NCBI GenBank assembly: GCA_963715775.1
Contig: OY970274.1
Location: 263,043-327,042 of the forward strand
DNA length: 64,000 nucleotides
Reading direction: 5' to 3'
Source: an uncultured Solirubrobacterales bacterium
GTDB lineage: Bacteria > Actinomycetota > Thermoleophilia > Solirubrobacterales > Solirubrobacteraceae
Position numbers and translations under genes: made by a program
In this document: one piece after another, positions 26,802 to 39,714 of the stretch
Layout of the letters: each line of letters opens with the position of its first letter
How positions within the stretch are numbered: position 1 is the first letter of the stretch
Notes under the pieces: model-generated
The model's input: only the letters and a program-made list of their open reading frames with translations
Told to the model about the DNA's origin: nothing
Databases searched by the model: none

Positions 26802-27458
26802 ATGGAGGGCGGCACACCAGGGGTCGATCGGCCGATCGACGTGATCATCGCCGACGATCATGGGGTCGTGCGCGACGGCATCCGCATGGTGCTCGAGCGC
26901 GAGGCGGGCGAGTTCCGGGTCGTAGCCGAAGCCGGCGACGTGCCCGCCACGATCCGCGCGGTCCGCGAGCACAAGCCCGACCTGCTGACGCTCGACCTGT
27001 CGATGCCGGGCGGCTCGAGCCTCGCGGCGCTGCCGCAGTGCTTCGTCGCCCATCCCACGCTCGCGGTCGCGATCCTGACGATGCGCGAGGACCCCGAGTA
27101 TGCCCGCCAGGCGCTGCGCGCCGGCGCGCGCAGCTACGTGCTGAAGGAGGCCGAGCCGGCGGAGCTCTTGCAGGCCTTCCGGCTGGCGGTGGCCGGTGGC
27201 AACTACCTGCACCCGCGCCTCGGCGCGCTGATGGCCACGGGCGATGAGACCCCGAGCGACGGCGTCGCGCTCTCAGAGCGCGAGCGCGAGGTCGTGCGGC
27301 TGATCGCCAACGGCTTCACCAACCCCCAGATCGCCGAGCAGCTGCACGTCGCCGAGCGCACCGTCAAGACCTATCGCGCGCGAGCGATCGAGAAGCTCGG
27401 CTTCTCCTCGCGCGCGGAGATCACGGCCTACGCGCGGCGCCTCGGCCTGGTCGAGTAG
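26802..27458 (+). CDS. NarL/LuxR-family response regulator
   Basis: IIADDHGVVRDG, LTLDLSMP, YVLK, LSEREREV..IANG.TN.QIA..L.V.ERTV. Confidence 0.95.
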   Translation: MEGGTPGVDRPIDVIIADDHGVVRDGIRMVLEREAGEFRVVAEAGDVPATIRAVREHKPDLLTLDLSMPGGSSLAALPQCFVAHPTLAVAILTMREDPEYARQALRAGARSYVLKEAEPAELLQAFRLAVAGGNYLHPRLGALMATGDETPSDGVALSEREREVVRLIANGFTNPQIAEQLHVAERTVKTYRARAIEKLGFSSRAEITAYARRLGLVE

Positions 27459-27522
27459 CGCTTTCGGACCGTAGTCCCGGCCGGCGGGGCTCCCTCGGTC
27501 CTCGACGGATGCTTCTTCGTCC

Positions 27523-28656
27523 TCAACGACCGGCGAGCGCTCCCGAGACCTCCTCGGCGGTAGGTCGGTCCGCGAGCGGGACCGTCAGGCGCATGACCGT
27601 CCCTTTTCCGGGAGCGGGGACGAGCTCCAGCTCGCCCCCGACCAGCTCGGCGCGCTCGCGCATCCCCGACATCCCAAACCCGCCCTCAAGGCCGTCGCCG
27701 CGCGGCCCAAGCCGGTCCGCTTCTGGCAGTCCCTGTCCGTCGTCGGTCACCGACGCGCGCACGACCCCATCTCGCTCGACGATGCTGATCGTCGCGCTCG
27801 TCGCCTGCGCGTGGCGGCTGACGTTTGTGAGCGCCTCCTGGACGACGCGGTAGATCGTGCTCTCGAGCTCCGCGTCGAGACGGTGTTGCTCTGGCTCTGG
27901 ACCAAGATCGATCTCGGTCTGCACCTCCAGCCCGTCGATCGCCTGCGCGCGCCGGGCGAGCGCCTCCAGCGCGGCCGCCAGCCCGAGGTCGTCGAGCGCC
28001 GCGGGACGAAGCTCGGTGATCAGGTGGCGCAGCCCGTCGATCTCATCGCCCAGCCCTTCGAGCACGTCCTGCACTGCGGCGCTCAGCGCCTGCTGCTCGT
28101 CCTGGTCGCGCGCGTTGGCCAGGCGCATCCGCAGCGCGCCGAGGCCCTGGATCGTTTCGTCGTGGATCTCGCGCGCCCAACGCGTGCGCTCGCGCTCGCG
28201 CGCCTCCATGCCGTAGCGCAAGCGCTTGATCTCGACCGAGCGCTCCGCCGCCATCCGCTGTGCGACGCTCGTCGCGAACGCGTTCAGCGCTTCGCGATCG
28301 GGTCCGCGGAAGCCGCCGTCGCGGCGTAGCGCGATCACCAGGCCGCCGCCGTAGCCCTCCATGCTCAACGGCTCGACCAGCGCGGCGCGCGCCTCCAACC
28401 CCAGTTCGTGCAGCCACGCCGCCTCCTGCCCGCGCGGGCGATCCAGCGAGATCGCCTTGCCCTGCCCGTACAGCTCGCCGAGCGCGCTGCCCTGCACGGG
28501 CACGATCCGCAGGCGTACGGTTTCCTGCCCGCTGGAGGCCGCCACGCGCAGCTCGCCACGCTCCTCGATCACGACCAGCAGCGTGCCGGCGTCGAGCAGC
28601 GCGAGGCCGCGATCGGCCATCAGCCGCAAAAGCCACAACTCCGATCCCGAAAGCAT
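27523..28656 (-). CDS. GAF-domain sensor histidine kinase (HisKA_3)
   Basis: WAREIHDETIQGL, LRP.ALDDLGL, RVVQEALTNV.RHA, DDGQG, GFGMSGMRERA. Confidence 0.92.
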   Translation of the reverse strand: MLSGSELWLLRLMADRGLALLDAGTLLVVIEERGELRVAASSGQETVRLRIVPVQGSALGELYGQGKAISLDRPRGQEAAWLHELGLEARAALVEPLSMEGYGGGLVIALRRDGGFRGPDREALNAFATSVAQRMAAERSVEIKRLRYGMEARERERTRWAREIHDETIQGLGALRMRLANARDQDEQQALSAAVQDVLEGLGDEIDGLRHLITELRPAALDDLGLAAALEALARRAQAIDGLEVQTEIDLGPEPEQHRLDAELESTIYRVVQEALTNVSRHAQATSATISIVERDGVVRASVTDDGQGLPEADRLGPRGDGLEGGFGMSGMRERAELVGGELELVPAPGKGTVMRLTVPLADRPTAEEVSGALAGR

Positions 28657-28665
28657 CGGCAGGGA

Positions 28666-29187
28666 TTATGTCTCGATCGTCTCTACGCCGTTTTCGCGGC
28701 GCGCGGCGGCCCTGGTCTGGGCGAGCAGCTCCTCGCCGCCGAGATCTCCCTGCCAGGCCGCGATACCAACCGAAACGCGCAGCGGCCGGCGCCGGCCGCC
28801 GGCTTCGACCTTGATCGCGCGCAGGCGCTGTAGCGCGCGCCGGGCGACGATCTCCCCGCGCGGCGCGTCGGCGCCCGGCAGCAGCACCGCGAGCTCGCCT
28901 TCGCTGGGGCGCCCGACACGGTCGAAGCGGCGCAGCTCGTGCCGCAGCGCCTCGCTGACGTAGACGAGCGTCTGCTCGGACAGCTCGCTGCCGTGGGCTC
29001 GAGTCAGCTCGTCGAGGTTCTCGATCACGACCAGCAGGCAGCTCAGCGGCGTGCCGTGGCGCCCGGCGCGGTTGATCTCCTCCTCGATCCGCTCTGTCAA
29101 GGCAGCCGCCGACAGGCACACGATCGCGCCCGCCGGAAGCGGGTCTGCACGGGGGTCCAGGTTGCCGGGCCGCATATGCCTCATCAT
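28666..29187 (-). CDS. Degenerate GGDEF domain protein
   Basis: LEEEI.RA.R.G.PLS.LLV.I, LRRFDRVGRPSEGELAVLLP, VSVGIA; GGDEF replaced by SEGEL. Confidence 0.82.
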   Translation of the reverse strand: MMRHMRPGNLDPRADPLPAGAIVCLSAAALTERIEEEINRAGRHGTPLSCLLVVIENLDELTRAHGSELSEQTLVYVSEALRHELRRFDRVGRPSEGELAVLLPGADAPRGEIVARRALQRLRAIKVEAGGRRRPLRVSVGIAAWQGDLGGEELLAQTRAAARRENGVETIET

Positions 29188-29320
29188 CGTCAATCCACTA
29201 CGTTCGCTCAAGCATCCGCGACCCGTCCCTCGCGATCGACCCCAGCGTCCGCGCGGGATCCCTTCCGTCAGCCGAGGCATTCGCGGCAGGTCCGTCCCCG
29301 TGCGCTGGTACACCTGCCCT

Positions 29321-30988
29321 GTGCTGCAAGAGCTGAACGTCGAGAACCTGCTCCTGATCGAGCGCGCGCAGCTGCGGCTCGCCCCCGGGCTGAACGTGCT
29401 CACAGGGGAGACGGGCGCGGGCAAGACGGTGCTCGCGCACGCGCTCGACCTGTTGCTCGGCGGCCGCGCCCGTGCCAACATCGTCCGACCGGGCGCCGCG
29501 GAGGCCTATGTCGAGGGCGTCTTCGACCTGCCCGCCACGCTCCCAGATGAGCTCGCCGAGCGGCTCCCCGAGGGCGCTGAGGAGGTCGTTCTCGCCCGCC
29601 GCCTCGGCGCCGACGGTCGCACCCGCGCCTATATCAACGGCCGCACAGCGACCGTCGCGGAGCTGCGGGAGCTCGGCTCGCGCCTGGTCTCCTTCTACGG
29701 CCAGCACGAGCACCGCAAGCTGATGCTCGCCGGCGCGCAGCTGGAGATCCTCGACGCGTGTTGCGGTCCCGACCACGCGCTGCGCCTGCGCGCCTGCGCG
29801 CGGACGTTCGCCGCGACCAGGCGCCTGGTCGCGGAGCTGGAGGAGCTGCGCGAGCTCTCCGCCGCGCGCGAGCGCGAGCTCGGCCTGCTCGAGCACGAGC
29901 TCGCGGAGATCGACGCGGCCGGCCTCGACCAGCACGAGTACGACGAGTTGCTGGCCACGCGTGCCCGACTCGGCCGCCTCGACGCGCTTCGCCTGGCCGC
30001 CGGCGCGGCCGCCGACGCACTGGTGCCCGAAGACGGAGCCGCCGGCCTCGGCGGCTCCCAGCTGATCGCCGCGGGCGCCGCGAGCCTCGACGGCATTGCC
30101 GGCGTGGATCGAGACCTCGATGCGCTCGGCAAGCGGCTGCGCGCGCTCGCGATCGAGTCGCAGGACCTCGCCGCCGAGCTGCGCGGCTACTGCGAGCGGA
30201 TCGCCGGCGAGGACGGATCGCTGGACGCGGTCGAAGAGCGCCTCGCGGGCGTCGAGCGGCTCGTGCGCAAGCATGGCGGATCGCTCGCCGCGGTGCTCGA
30301 CCACGCCGCCTCCGCGCGGGCGCGGCGCGAGCAGCTGAACGGCGCCGAGGTTGCGTTCGCCGAGGCCACCCGGCGCTTGGACGAGGCGCAGACAGCGCTC
30401 GCTGGCCATGTAGTGGCGCTGCGCAAGGCGCGCGAGCAGCACGCCCCACGGCTCGAGTCGGCGGTGCGCGAGCAGCTCGCGGCGCTGGCGATGGCGGACG
30501 CCACCTTTGCGGTCTCGCTGACCCCGCGCGAGCCGGGTCCGACGGGCGGCGACGCGGTCGAGCTCATGATCGCGCCGAACCCCGGCGTGCCGGCCGGCCC
30601 GTTGCGCGAGATCGGCTCCGGCGGGGAGCTCTCGCGCGTGATGCTCGCCCTGATGAGCGCCGCGAACGCGTCATCCCTGGAGGCAACGCTCGTGTTCGAC
30701 GAGGTCGATGCCGGGATCGGCGGTCATACCGCACGGGCCGTCGGCGAGCGTCTGCGCGATCTCGCTGAGGACAGGCAGGTGTTGTGCATCACCCACCTGC
30801 CGCAGATCGCCTCGCTCGGGGCGCGCCACTTTTCGATCGTCAAGGACACCTCCGCCGAGCCCACGCGTACCTCGGTTCTGCAGCTCGCCGAGCCCGACGT
30901 CGTCTCGGAGCTTGTGCGCATGCTTGGCGCCGACGCAGAAGATTCGACTGCCCGCCGGCACGCCAGGGGTCTACGCAAGGCAGCCTGA
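29321..30988 (+). CDS. recN: DNA repair protein RecN
   Basis: LTGETGAGKT, GQHEH, SGGELSRVML, FDEVDAGIGG, ITHLPQIA. Confidence 0.95.
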   Translation: MLQELNVENLLLIERAQLRLAPGLNVLTGETGAGKTVLAHALDLLLGGRARANIVRPGAAEAYVEGVFDLPATLPDELAERLPEGAEEVVLARRLGADGRTRAYINGRTATVAELRELGSRLVSFYGQHEHRKLMLAGAQLEILDACCGPDHALRLRACARTFAATRRLVAELEELRELSAARERELGLLEHELAEIDAAGLDQHEYDELLATRARLGRLDALRLAAGAAADALVPEDGAAGLGGSQLIAAGAASLDGIAGVDRDLDALGKRLRALAIESQDLAAELRGYCERIAGEDGSLDAVEERLAGVERLVRKHGGSLAAVLDHAASARARREQLNGAEVAFAEATRRLDEAQTALAGHVVALRKAREQHAPRLESAVREQLAALAMADATFAVSLTPREPGPTGGDAVELMIAPNPGVPAGPLREIGSGGELSRVMLALMSAANASSLEATLVFDEVDAGIGGHTARAVGERLRDLAEDRQVLCITHLPQIASLGARHFSIVKDTSAEPTRTSVLQLAEPDVVSELVRMLGADAEDSTARRHARGLRKAA

Positions 30989-31007
30989 GCGGGTACTCTC
31001 GGCTGTG

Positions 31008-32246
31008 ATGGCCGCTACCAGGCAGCCGCGGGATCCAGCTGCTCTGCCACAGGGTCAAGACCCTCTGCCCGGAGGCGATGTCGCGCCCTGGCGCACGGTC
31101 ACCGGGCCGGTGCGCCCGGGCCGGCGCACGAAGCTGCTCGTCAAGCACCTCTCCCGTGGCGACGTCGCGCTGATCGACCACCTCGACGTCGACCGGGTCT
31201 CGGCCGAGGAGCTGATCGCCGCAAACGTCGGCGCGGTGTTGAACTGCCGGGCCTCCTCCAGCGGCTCATACCCGAACCTCGGCCCCCAGCTGCTCGTCGA
31301 GGCGGGCATCCACCTGGTCGATCTGCCCGACGATTCGCTGTTCGATCTGCTCTCCGACGGTGAGGCGATCACCGTGCGCGACGGTGAGGTTGCGCGTGAC
31401 GGCGAGATCCTGGCCCGCGGCGAAGTGCTCGACCTCGCCCGCGTGCGCGCGGAGACGGACGCGCGCAGGCAGGAGATCGGCGAGGCGCTCGAGCGTTTTG
31501 CGCACAACACGATCGAGCACATGCGCGAGGAGCGCGAGCTGCTCTCCGGAAAAATCGAGATGCCGCGCTTCGCCACCGATTTCCGCGACCGCGCCGCGCT
31601 CGTGGTCGTTCGCGGCGTCGGGCATCAGCGCGACCTGCGCGCGCTGCGGCCGTTCATCCGCGACATGCGCCCCGTCCTGATCGCCGTAGACGGCGGCGCC
31701 GAGGCGTTGCTGGAGGAGGGCCTGCGCCCGGACATGATCGTCGGCGACATGGACTCCGCCGGGGAGGCGACGTTGACGACCGCCGCCGGTGGCCGTCGCG
31801 GATGGGGTGGGGGAGGGTCGGGCGCCGAGCTCGTCGTACACGCCTACCCCGACGGGCGCGCCCCGGGCCGCGAGCGGCTGGAACATCTGGACCTGCCCTT
31901 CAAGCTGGTGCCGGCGCCCGGCACCAGCCAGGATGTCGCGATGCTGATCGCCGCCGAGAAGGGCGCCAACCTGATCGTCTCGGTCGGCTCTCAGTTCAAC
32001 CTCGTCGAGTTCCTCGACCGCAACCGCGAGGGTATGTCCTCGACGTTCCTCACGCGCCTGCGCATCGGGGAGATCCTCGTCGACGCGAAGGGCGTGAGCC
32101 GCCTATATCACCCGCGGCCGGGCCTTACGCCTCTGCTGGTGGTGATCGCGGCGGGCCTGATCGCGATGATCGCCGTCGTCTGGTTGACCCCCGCGCTGCG
32201 CGACGTCCTCGACCTGCTCTGGCTCAAGCTGCAGCTGCTCGTCTGA
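31008..32246 (+). CDS. steA: Putative cytokinetic ring protein SteA (thiamine pyrophosphokinase-like domain)
   Basis: RRTK.LVK.L..GDVALIDH.D.DRVSAE.L, YPNLGP..L, LIAVDGGA, MSSTFLTRLRIG; follows recN. Confidence 0.85.
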   Translation: MAATRQPRDPAALPQGQDPLPGGDVAPWRTVTGPVRPGRRTKLLVKHLSRGDVALIDHLDVDRVSAEELIAANVGAVLNCRASSSGSYPNLGPQLLVEAGIHLVDLPDDSLFDLLSDGEAITVRDGEVARDGEILARGEVLDLARVRAETDARRQEIGEALERFAHNTIEHMREERELLSGKIEMPRFATDFRDRAALVVVRGVGHQRDLRALRPFIRDMRPVLIAVDGGAEALLEEGLRPDMIVGDMDSAGEATLTTAAGGRRGWGGGGSGAELVVHAYPDGRAPGRERLEHLDLPFKLVPAPGTSQDVAMLIAAEKGANLIVSVGSQFNLVEFLDRNREGMSSTFLTRLRIGEILVDAKGVSRLYHPRPGLTPLLVVIAAGLIAMIAVVWLTPALRDVLDLLWLKLQLLV

Positions 32247-32248
32247 GC

Positions 32249-33139
32249 GTGTTCGATTACCGCTACCACGCGCTTTCCCTCGCCGCCGTCCTGTTCGCGC
32301 TCGCGGTCGGCGTGCTGATCGGCGTGGCGATCGGCGATTCGAACCTCGTCTCCTCCGCCAAGAACGGGATCGTGCACAACCTCGAATCGGAAGTGAACGG
32401 CGCGCAGGAACACGCGGCGACGCTGCAGACCCAGCTGGGCGCCGAGGAAACCTTCGCCAACGATCTCTACCCACTCGCCGTCCACGGCCTGCTCGCCGGT
32501 CACAACATCGGCCTGGTGTTCCTCGGCGGCGCCTCCGATCGCGTGAACGGCCTCGTGCGCGGCGCCGTCACCCAGGCCGGCGGCAACCTCGCGACGGTCG
32601 TGGCCGTGCGCGAGCCGCTCGATGAGGCGGGGCTGGCGCAGGAGGCCGGCGGGACGGTCTACGCCGGGCTTGCGAGCAATCCCGAACTGGTGCACAAGCT
32701 AGGGGGGCTCCTCGGGCGCCAGCTCGTGAGCGGTGGCTCGCAGGTGAGCCGCGAGCTGCTCGGCCGCGTGCGCGGCAGCCTGCTCAGCGCCTTCGACGGG
32801 CAGCTCGGCAAGCTCGAAGGGCTCGTCGTGATGCGCGCCGAACCGACCGGCATGAGCAGCGAACAGACGCAGGCGACCGTCGCCCTGGAGTCGGGGTTGC
32901 TGGCCGGCGCGAGCGCCGTCGGCGTCCCGGTCGTGGGGGTCGAGCTGAGCAACACCGAACCCTCCCAGGTGCCCTGGTACAAGAGCGTCGGCGTCTCCAG
33001 CGTCGATGACCTCGACGCGCTCGCCGGCCAGGCCGCGCTCGACTACGCGCTCGCGGGCTCGGAGGGCGCTTACGGGACGAAGTCCACCGCGGACTCGCTG
33101 CTGCCGGCGGTCGCCGGGAGCTCGAATCAACAGCCGTGA
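32249..33139 (+). CDS. Copper transporter MctB / SteB family (DUF3186)
   Basis: FDYRYHALSLAAVLFALAVG.LIG, SSVDD.D...GQ.AL; follows steA. Confidence 0.85.
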   Translation: MFDYRYHALSLAAVLFALAVGVLIGVAIGDSNLVSSAKNGIVHNLESEVNGAQEHAATLQTQLGAEETFANDLYPLAVHGLLAGHNIGLVFLGGASDRVNGLVRGAVTQAGGNLATVVAVREPLDEAGLAQEAGGTVYAGLASNPELVHKLGGLLGRQLVSGGSQVSRELLGRVRGSLLSAFDGQLGKLEGLVVMRAEPTGMSSEQTQATVALESGLLAGASAVGVPVVGVELSNTEPSQVPWYKSVGVSSVDDLDALAGQAALDYALAGSEGAYGTKSTADSLLPAVAGSSNQQP

Positions 33140-33248
33140 GGCAGCTCGCCAGCTGCGAGCCTCTCGGCGCATCTGCGAGGCGATCGACCCGCGCGTGAGA
33201 CATGCGGCTCAACCGCGAAGCGTCCGCCTTCGCCGCTAGCTTTCGCCC

Positions 33249-36228
<2,980 letters not shown>

Positions 36229-36241
36229 CGTTCCGGTCGCA

Positions 36242-37465
36242 ATGCTGAAGCTGCGCCGTGCCATCGTCCTGGACGCCGGTTCCCCCGGGAGCGGCCCCGA
36301 GCAGGAGCTCGTGATCGAGCTGGACGGCCACCATCGCCCGGCGATCGCGGATGTCGCGCTTGTCGGCGCGGCGCAGACGGGCGACGAGGTGATCGTCAAC
36401 ACCGAGGCGCTCGACCTCGGCCTCGGCTCGGGTGGCTTCGACATCGTCCACGTCAACCTCTCCCGCGGCCTGCAAGGACCCGCAGATCGGGACCCAGTTC
36501 GCCCCGCTCGCGCCGCCGGCCCGCACGTGATGAAGCTCAACTACACGAGCCTCCAGCACACGATTGAGCCGGTCGAGGGTCTCGGCGATGGCACAGGACC
36601 GGCAGGCGGCACGCAGGAGCATCCGGTCGCGGTGCTGGCCCTGCACGGTCAGCTCGCGGCGGTCGCGTGGGCGTTCGCACAGGCCTTTCCGGACGGCCGG
36701 CTCGGGTATGTGCAGACGGTGGGCGGCGCCTTGTCCGGGGGGCACTCGCGCACCGTGCGCTCGCTGCGCGAGCGTGGCCTGCTGGCCGGTTATCTCACCG
36801 CGGGCGCCGCGTTCGGGGGCGAGGGCGAGGCGATTACGACGGTCGGCGCGCTCGACCACGGTCTGAGAGCGCTCGGCTGGGACGCGGCGGTCTGCGGTCC
36901 CGGCCCGGGGATCGTGGGCTCGAGCTCGCCGCTCGGGCACGGCGGCATGGCCGCGCTGGACTCGGCGCACGCAGCGCTCGCGCTCGGCGCGCCGACGCTG
37001 CTGGTCGCGCGGATGTCATCCGGCGATCCCCGAGCCCGCCACCGCGGGATCTCACATCACACGCTCACCGTGCTCGACCTGCTGCTCGAGCCGGTCACGG
37101 TCGCGCTGCCCGCGGGAATGCGCTCGCCCGTCGGGGCCGACCTGAGAGCCGGTCTCGGCTCAGTCTTCGGCGGGACGCTCCCGAGCCGTCCGGCGCTGGC
37201 GCTCGACGTCGAGCGCCCGACCGATCAAAGACCGGCTAGCATCCTCCGCCACGACTGGCGGCGGGCGATCATCGATCTGCCGGCCTATGCCGCCGCCGGT
37301 CTGCCTGCCGAGACGATGGGCCGTGGGCTGACGGAGGATCCCCTGTTCTTCGGGGCCGCGCTCGCCGCCGGAGCGACGCTGGCCGAGCTCGCTCACGACG
37401 CCGAGCACGCCGAGGATGGGGCGGAGGTGGCTGAATGGTCGGTTGCACCGCCAGGTGTCCGCTGA
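36242..37465 (+). CDS. DUF3866 family protein
   Basis: GD.V.VN..A.DLGLGSGG, HVMKLNYT.LQ, LHGQL, GPGPGIVG, SS.DPR.RH.GISHHT. Confidence 0.8.
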   Translation: MLKLRRAIVLDAGSPGSGPEQELVIELDGHHRPAIADVALVGAAQTGDEVIVNTEALDLGLGSGGFDIVHVNLSRGLQGPADRDPVRPARAAGPHVMKLNYTSLQHTIEPVEGLGDGTGPAGGTQEHPVAVLALHGQLAAVAWAFAQAFPDGRLGYVQTVGGALSGGHSRTVRSLRERGLLAGYLTAGAAFGGEGEAITTVGALDHGLRALGWDAAVCGPGPGIVGSSSPLGHGGMAALDSAHAALALGAPTLLVARMSSGDPRARHRGISHHTLTVLDLLLEPVTVALPAGMRSPVGADLRAGLGSVFGGTLPSRPALALDVERPTDQRPASILRHDWRRAIIDLPAYAAAGLPAETMGRGLTEDPLFFGAALAAGATLAELAHDAEHAEDGAEVAEWSVAPPGVR

Positions 37466-37468
37466 GGG

Positions 37469-38437
37469 GTGGGCGAAGCAGTTGAAGTGCCACCTGGCTC
37501 GACCCAAGAGCTCCCGAGGCCAAGCGCCAAGCTCGCGCGGCTGACCCTCGACTTCCTCGCCTATCTCGAGCTGGAGCGCGGCCTCTCGAGGAATACGCTC
37601 GGCGCATACCGCTCGGATCTGCTCCAGTTCGGGGAGTTTCTCGATCGCCGCGGCCTCGACACGATGCAGGCCCGCCACGGTGACCTCGCGGCGTTTATGT
37701 CAGAGCTCGCGACGGGTGAGGGCGAGCGCCCCGCGGTCACGGCAGCGACGCTGCAGCGCAAGGCCGCGTGCCTGCGCTCGTTCTACCGCCACCTGCGTCG
37801 CGAAGGCCTGATCGAACACGATCCCACCGCTGAGCTGCGCGGGCCTCGCAAGACCGGGCGACTGCCGCGCGTGCTCTCGCGGGACGAGGTCGCGACGCTG
37901 CTCGGCCAGCCACGGGGGACCGAGCCACTCGCGCTGCGCGACCGCGCGCTGCTCGAGGTCATGTATGCGTGCGGCCTGCGCGCCTCGGAGACAATCGGTT
38001 TGCAGGCCAGCGACGTCGATCTCGACGAGGGTCTGTTGCGCGCCCGCGGCAAGGGTTCGAAGGAGCGCCTCGTGCCGATCGGACGCCAGGCGGTGGCAGC
38101 GCTACGCGCCTACGAGCAGCGCGGACGTCCCGCGCTCGTCGGCGACAGGGTCCAGACGCAGCTCATCGTCAATCATCGTGGTGGCGCCCTGACGCGCCAG
38201 GGTCTCTACAAGATCGTCCAAGGTCACGCCCGCGGCGCCGGCTTGGAGCAGAAGATGAGCCCGCACACGCTCCGTCACAGCTTCGCCACGCACCTGCTCG
38301 CCGGCGGCTGCGATCTGCGTTCGTTGCAGGAGATGCTCGGTCACGCTGACCTTGCGACCACCCAGGTCTACACGCACCTCTCGGCCGAGCGGCTGAAGGA
38401 CGTCTACTTCCGCGCGCACCCGCGGGCCAAGCGGTGA
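37469..38437 (+). CDS. xerD: Tyrosine recombinase XerD
   Basis: ERGLSRNT..AYR.DL, RDRALLEVMYACGLR.SE, GKGSKER, HTLRHSFATHLL, LGHA...TTQVY. Confidence 0.92.
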   Translation: MGEAVEVPPGSTQELPRPSAKLARLTLDFLAYLELERGLSRNTLGAYRSDLLQFGEFLDRRGLDTMQARHGDLAAFMSELATGEGERPAVTAATLQRKAACLRSFYRHLRREGLIEHDPTAELRGPRKTGRLPRVLSRDEVATLLGQPRGTEPLALRDRALLEVMYACGLRASETIGLQASDVDLDEGLLRARGKGSKERLVPIGRQAVAALRAYEQRGRPALVGDRVQTQLIVNHRGGALTRQGLYKIVQGHARGAGLEQKMSPHTLRHSFATHLLAGGCDLRSLQEMLGHADLATTQVYTHLSAERLKDVYFRAHPRAKR

Positions 38438-38556
38438 CGCAGGTCTCGTGGAGGGGCTCTCGCGCGGGCGGGGCCTCGCTGGGAGTGATCTGGCAGGGGC
38501 GGATCCCAGGGCGAGCGAGCCTCGTGGGGGAGAGGTCCGCATAAGCTAGGAGATCG

Positions 38557-39402
38557 ATGCCCGAGCTCCCCGAGGTCGAGACGATCAGACGCCAGCTCGC
38601 GCCACTGGTGGAGGGCCGCCGGCTGCGGAGCGTAGAGATCCTGGACTGGCGCTGGTCGCGACCGCTCGCGCCAAGCGAACTGGCCGATGCGCTGCAGGGT
38701 CGGCGCGTGCAGCGGCTCTCCAGGCGGGGCAAGTACCTCGTATGGGAGCTCGAGGACGAGGTCTACCTCGTCCAGCACCTGCGCATGACGGGCGCCGTCC
38801 TGTGCAACCCAGACCCTGAGCCGCCACATACCCGGGTGCGGATCGACCTCGGGCGAGGTAGGCGGCTGGCGATCGTTGACCCACGCCGCTTCGGCACCGG
38901 GGAGCTGCTGCTTGGCGAGGAGGCGCTGGAGGCGTTCTTCGCTGCGCGCCTCGGGCTGGAGCCGCTGGACGAGCTGTTCACCGCCGAGCACCTGCGTGCG
39001 CAGGCGCGGGGGCGGACGGCGCCGGTGAAGGCATTCCTGCTCGACCAGCGGCGCGTCGCCGGGGTGGGGAACATCTACGCCGACGAGGCGCTGTTCCGCG
39101 CCGGCATCCACCCGCTGCGCCCCGCGGGTAAGCTCTCGAGCGAGCAGTACGAGCGCCTGCGCGAGACGACGATCGCGGCGCTGCAGGCCGGGATCGACGC
39201 GCGCGGTGCGAGCATCGACGACTTCCGCCACGTCGACGGGGTGCGCGGCTCCTTCCAGCACGAGTTTCTCGTCCACCGGCGCGAGGGCGAGCCGTGCGGT
39301 ACCTGCGGGACGACGATCGTGAAGATGGTCGTCGCCGGGCGCGGGACCTATGTCTGCGAGACCTGTCAGTCACGGCCGCGGCGTAAACGTGTCCGTGCGT
39401 GA
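38557..39402 (+). CDS. mutM: Formamidopyrimidine-DNA glycosylase
   Basis: MPELPEVE, RRGKYL, HLRMTG, DPRRFG, GNIYADE, C-terminal zinc finger. Confidence 0.97.
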   Translation: MPELPEVETIRRQLAPLVEGRRLRSVEILDWRWSRPLAPSELADALQGRRVQRLSRRGKYLVWELEDEVYLVQHLRMTGAVLCNPDPEPPHTRVRIDLGRGRRLAIVDPRRFGTGELLLGEEALEAFFAARLGLEPLDELFTAEHLRAQARGRTAPVKAFLLDQRRVAGVGNIYADEALFRAGIHPLRPAGKLSSEQYERLRETTIAALQAGIDARGASIDDFRHVDGVRGSFQHEFLVHRREGEPCGTCGTTIVKMVVAGRGTYVCETCQSRPRRKRVRA

Positions 39403-39420
39403 GGTGCGTGCGTGAGGTGC
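39395..39420. repeat. 13-bp tandem duplication at the mutM stop
   Basis: GTGCGTGAGGTGC x2. Confidence 0.8.
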
Positions 39421-39423
39421 GGC

Positions 39424-39693
39424 TCAGGCGGCTGACTGATCTTCGATCAGTAGCTCATCCAGGCGCCCGGACTCGGCGGCGGCCTGGACCTCGGTGAAGC
39501 CGCCGACGAGCTCGTCGCCGATGATCACCTGCGGGAAGGTCATCATCCCGGTCCGCTGCGCGAGCTCTACACGGCCATCGGGGTCGCGCGAAAGATCGAC
39601 CTCGGAAAACTCGACCCCGTGGGCCTTCAACAGGCCCTTAGCGCGGGCACAGTAAGAGCAAGGCTCGGTCGTGTAGACAGTCACATCGCTCAT
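39424..39693 (-). CDS. Glutaredoxin
   Basis: CSYC active site, TFPQVII, VGGFTE. Confidence 0.9.
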   Translation of the reverse strand: MSDVTVYTTEPCSYCARAKGLLKAHGVEFSEVDLSRDPDGRVELAQRTGMMTFPQVIIGDELVGGFTEVQAAAESGRLDELLIEDQSAA

Positions 39694-39714
39694 TACTTTA
39701 CAAAGTATAGCAAG

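Noticed and set aside
37469-38437. Tyrosine recombinase as the integrase of a mobile element
   Set aside because: Sequence and context (pyrG-DUF3866-xer) fit chromosomal XerD
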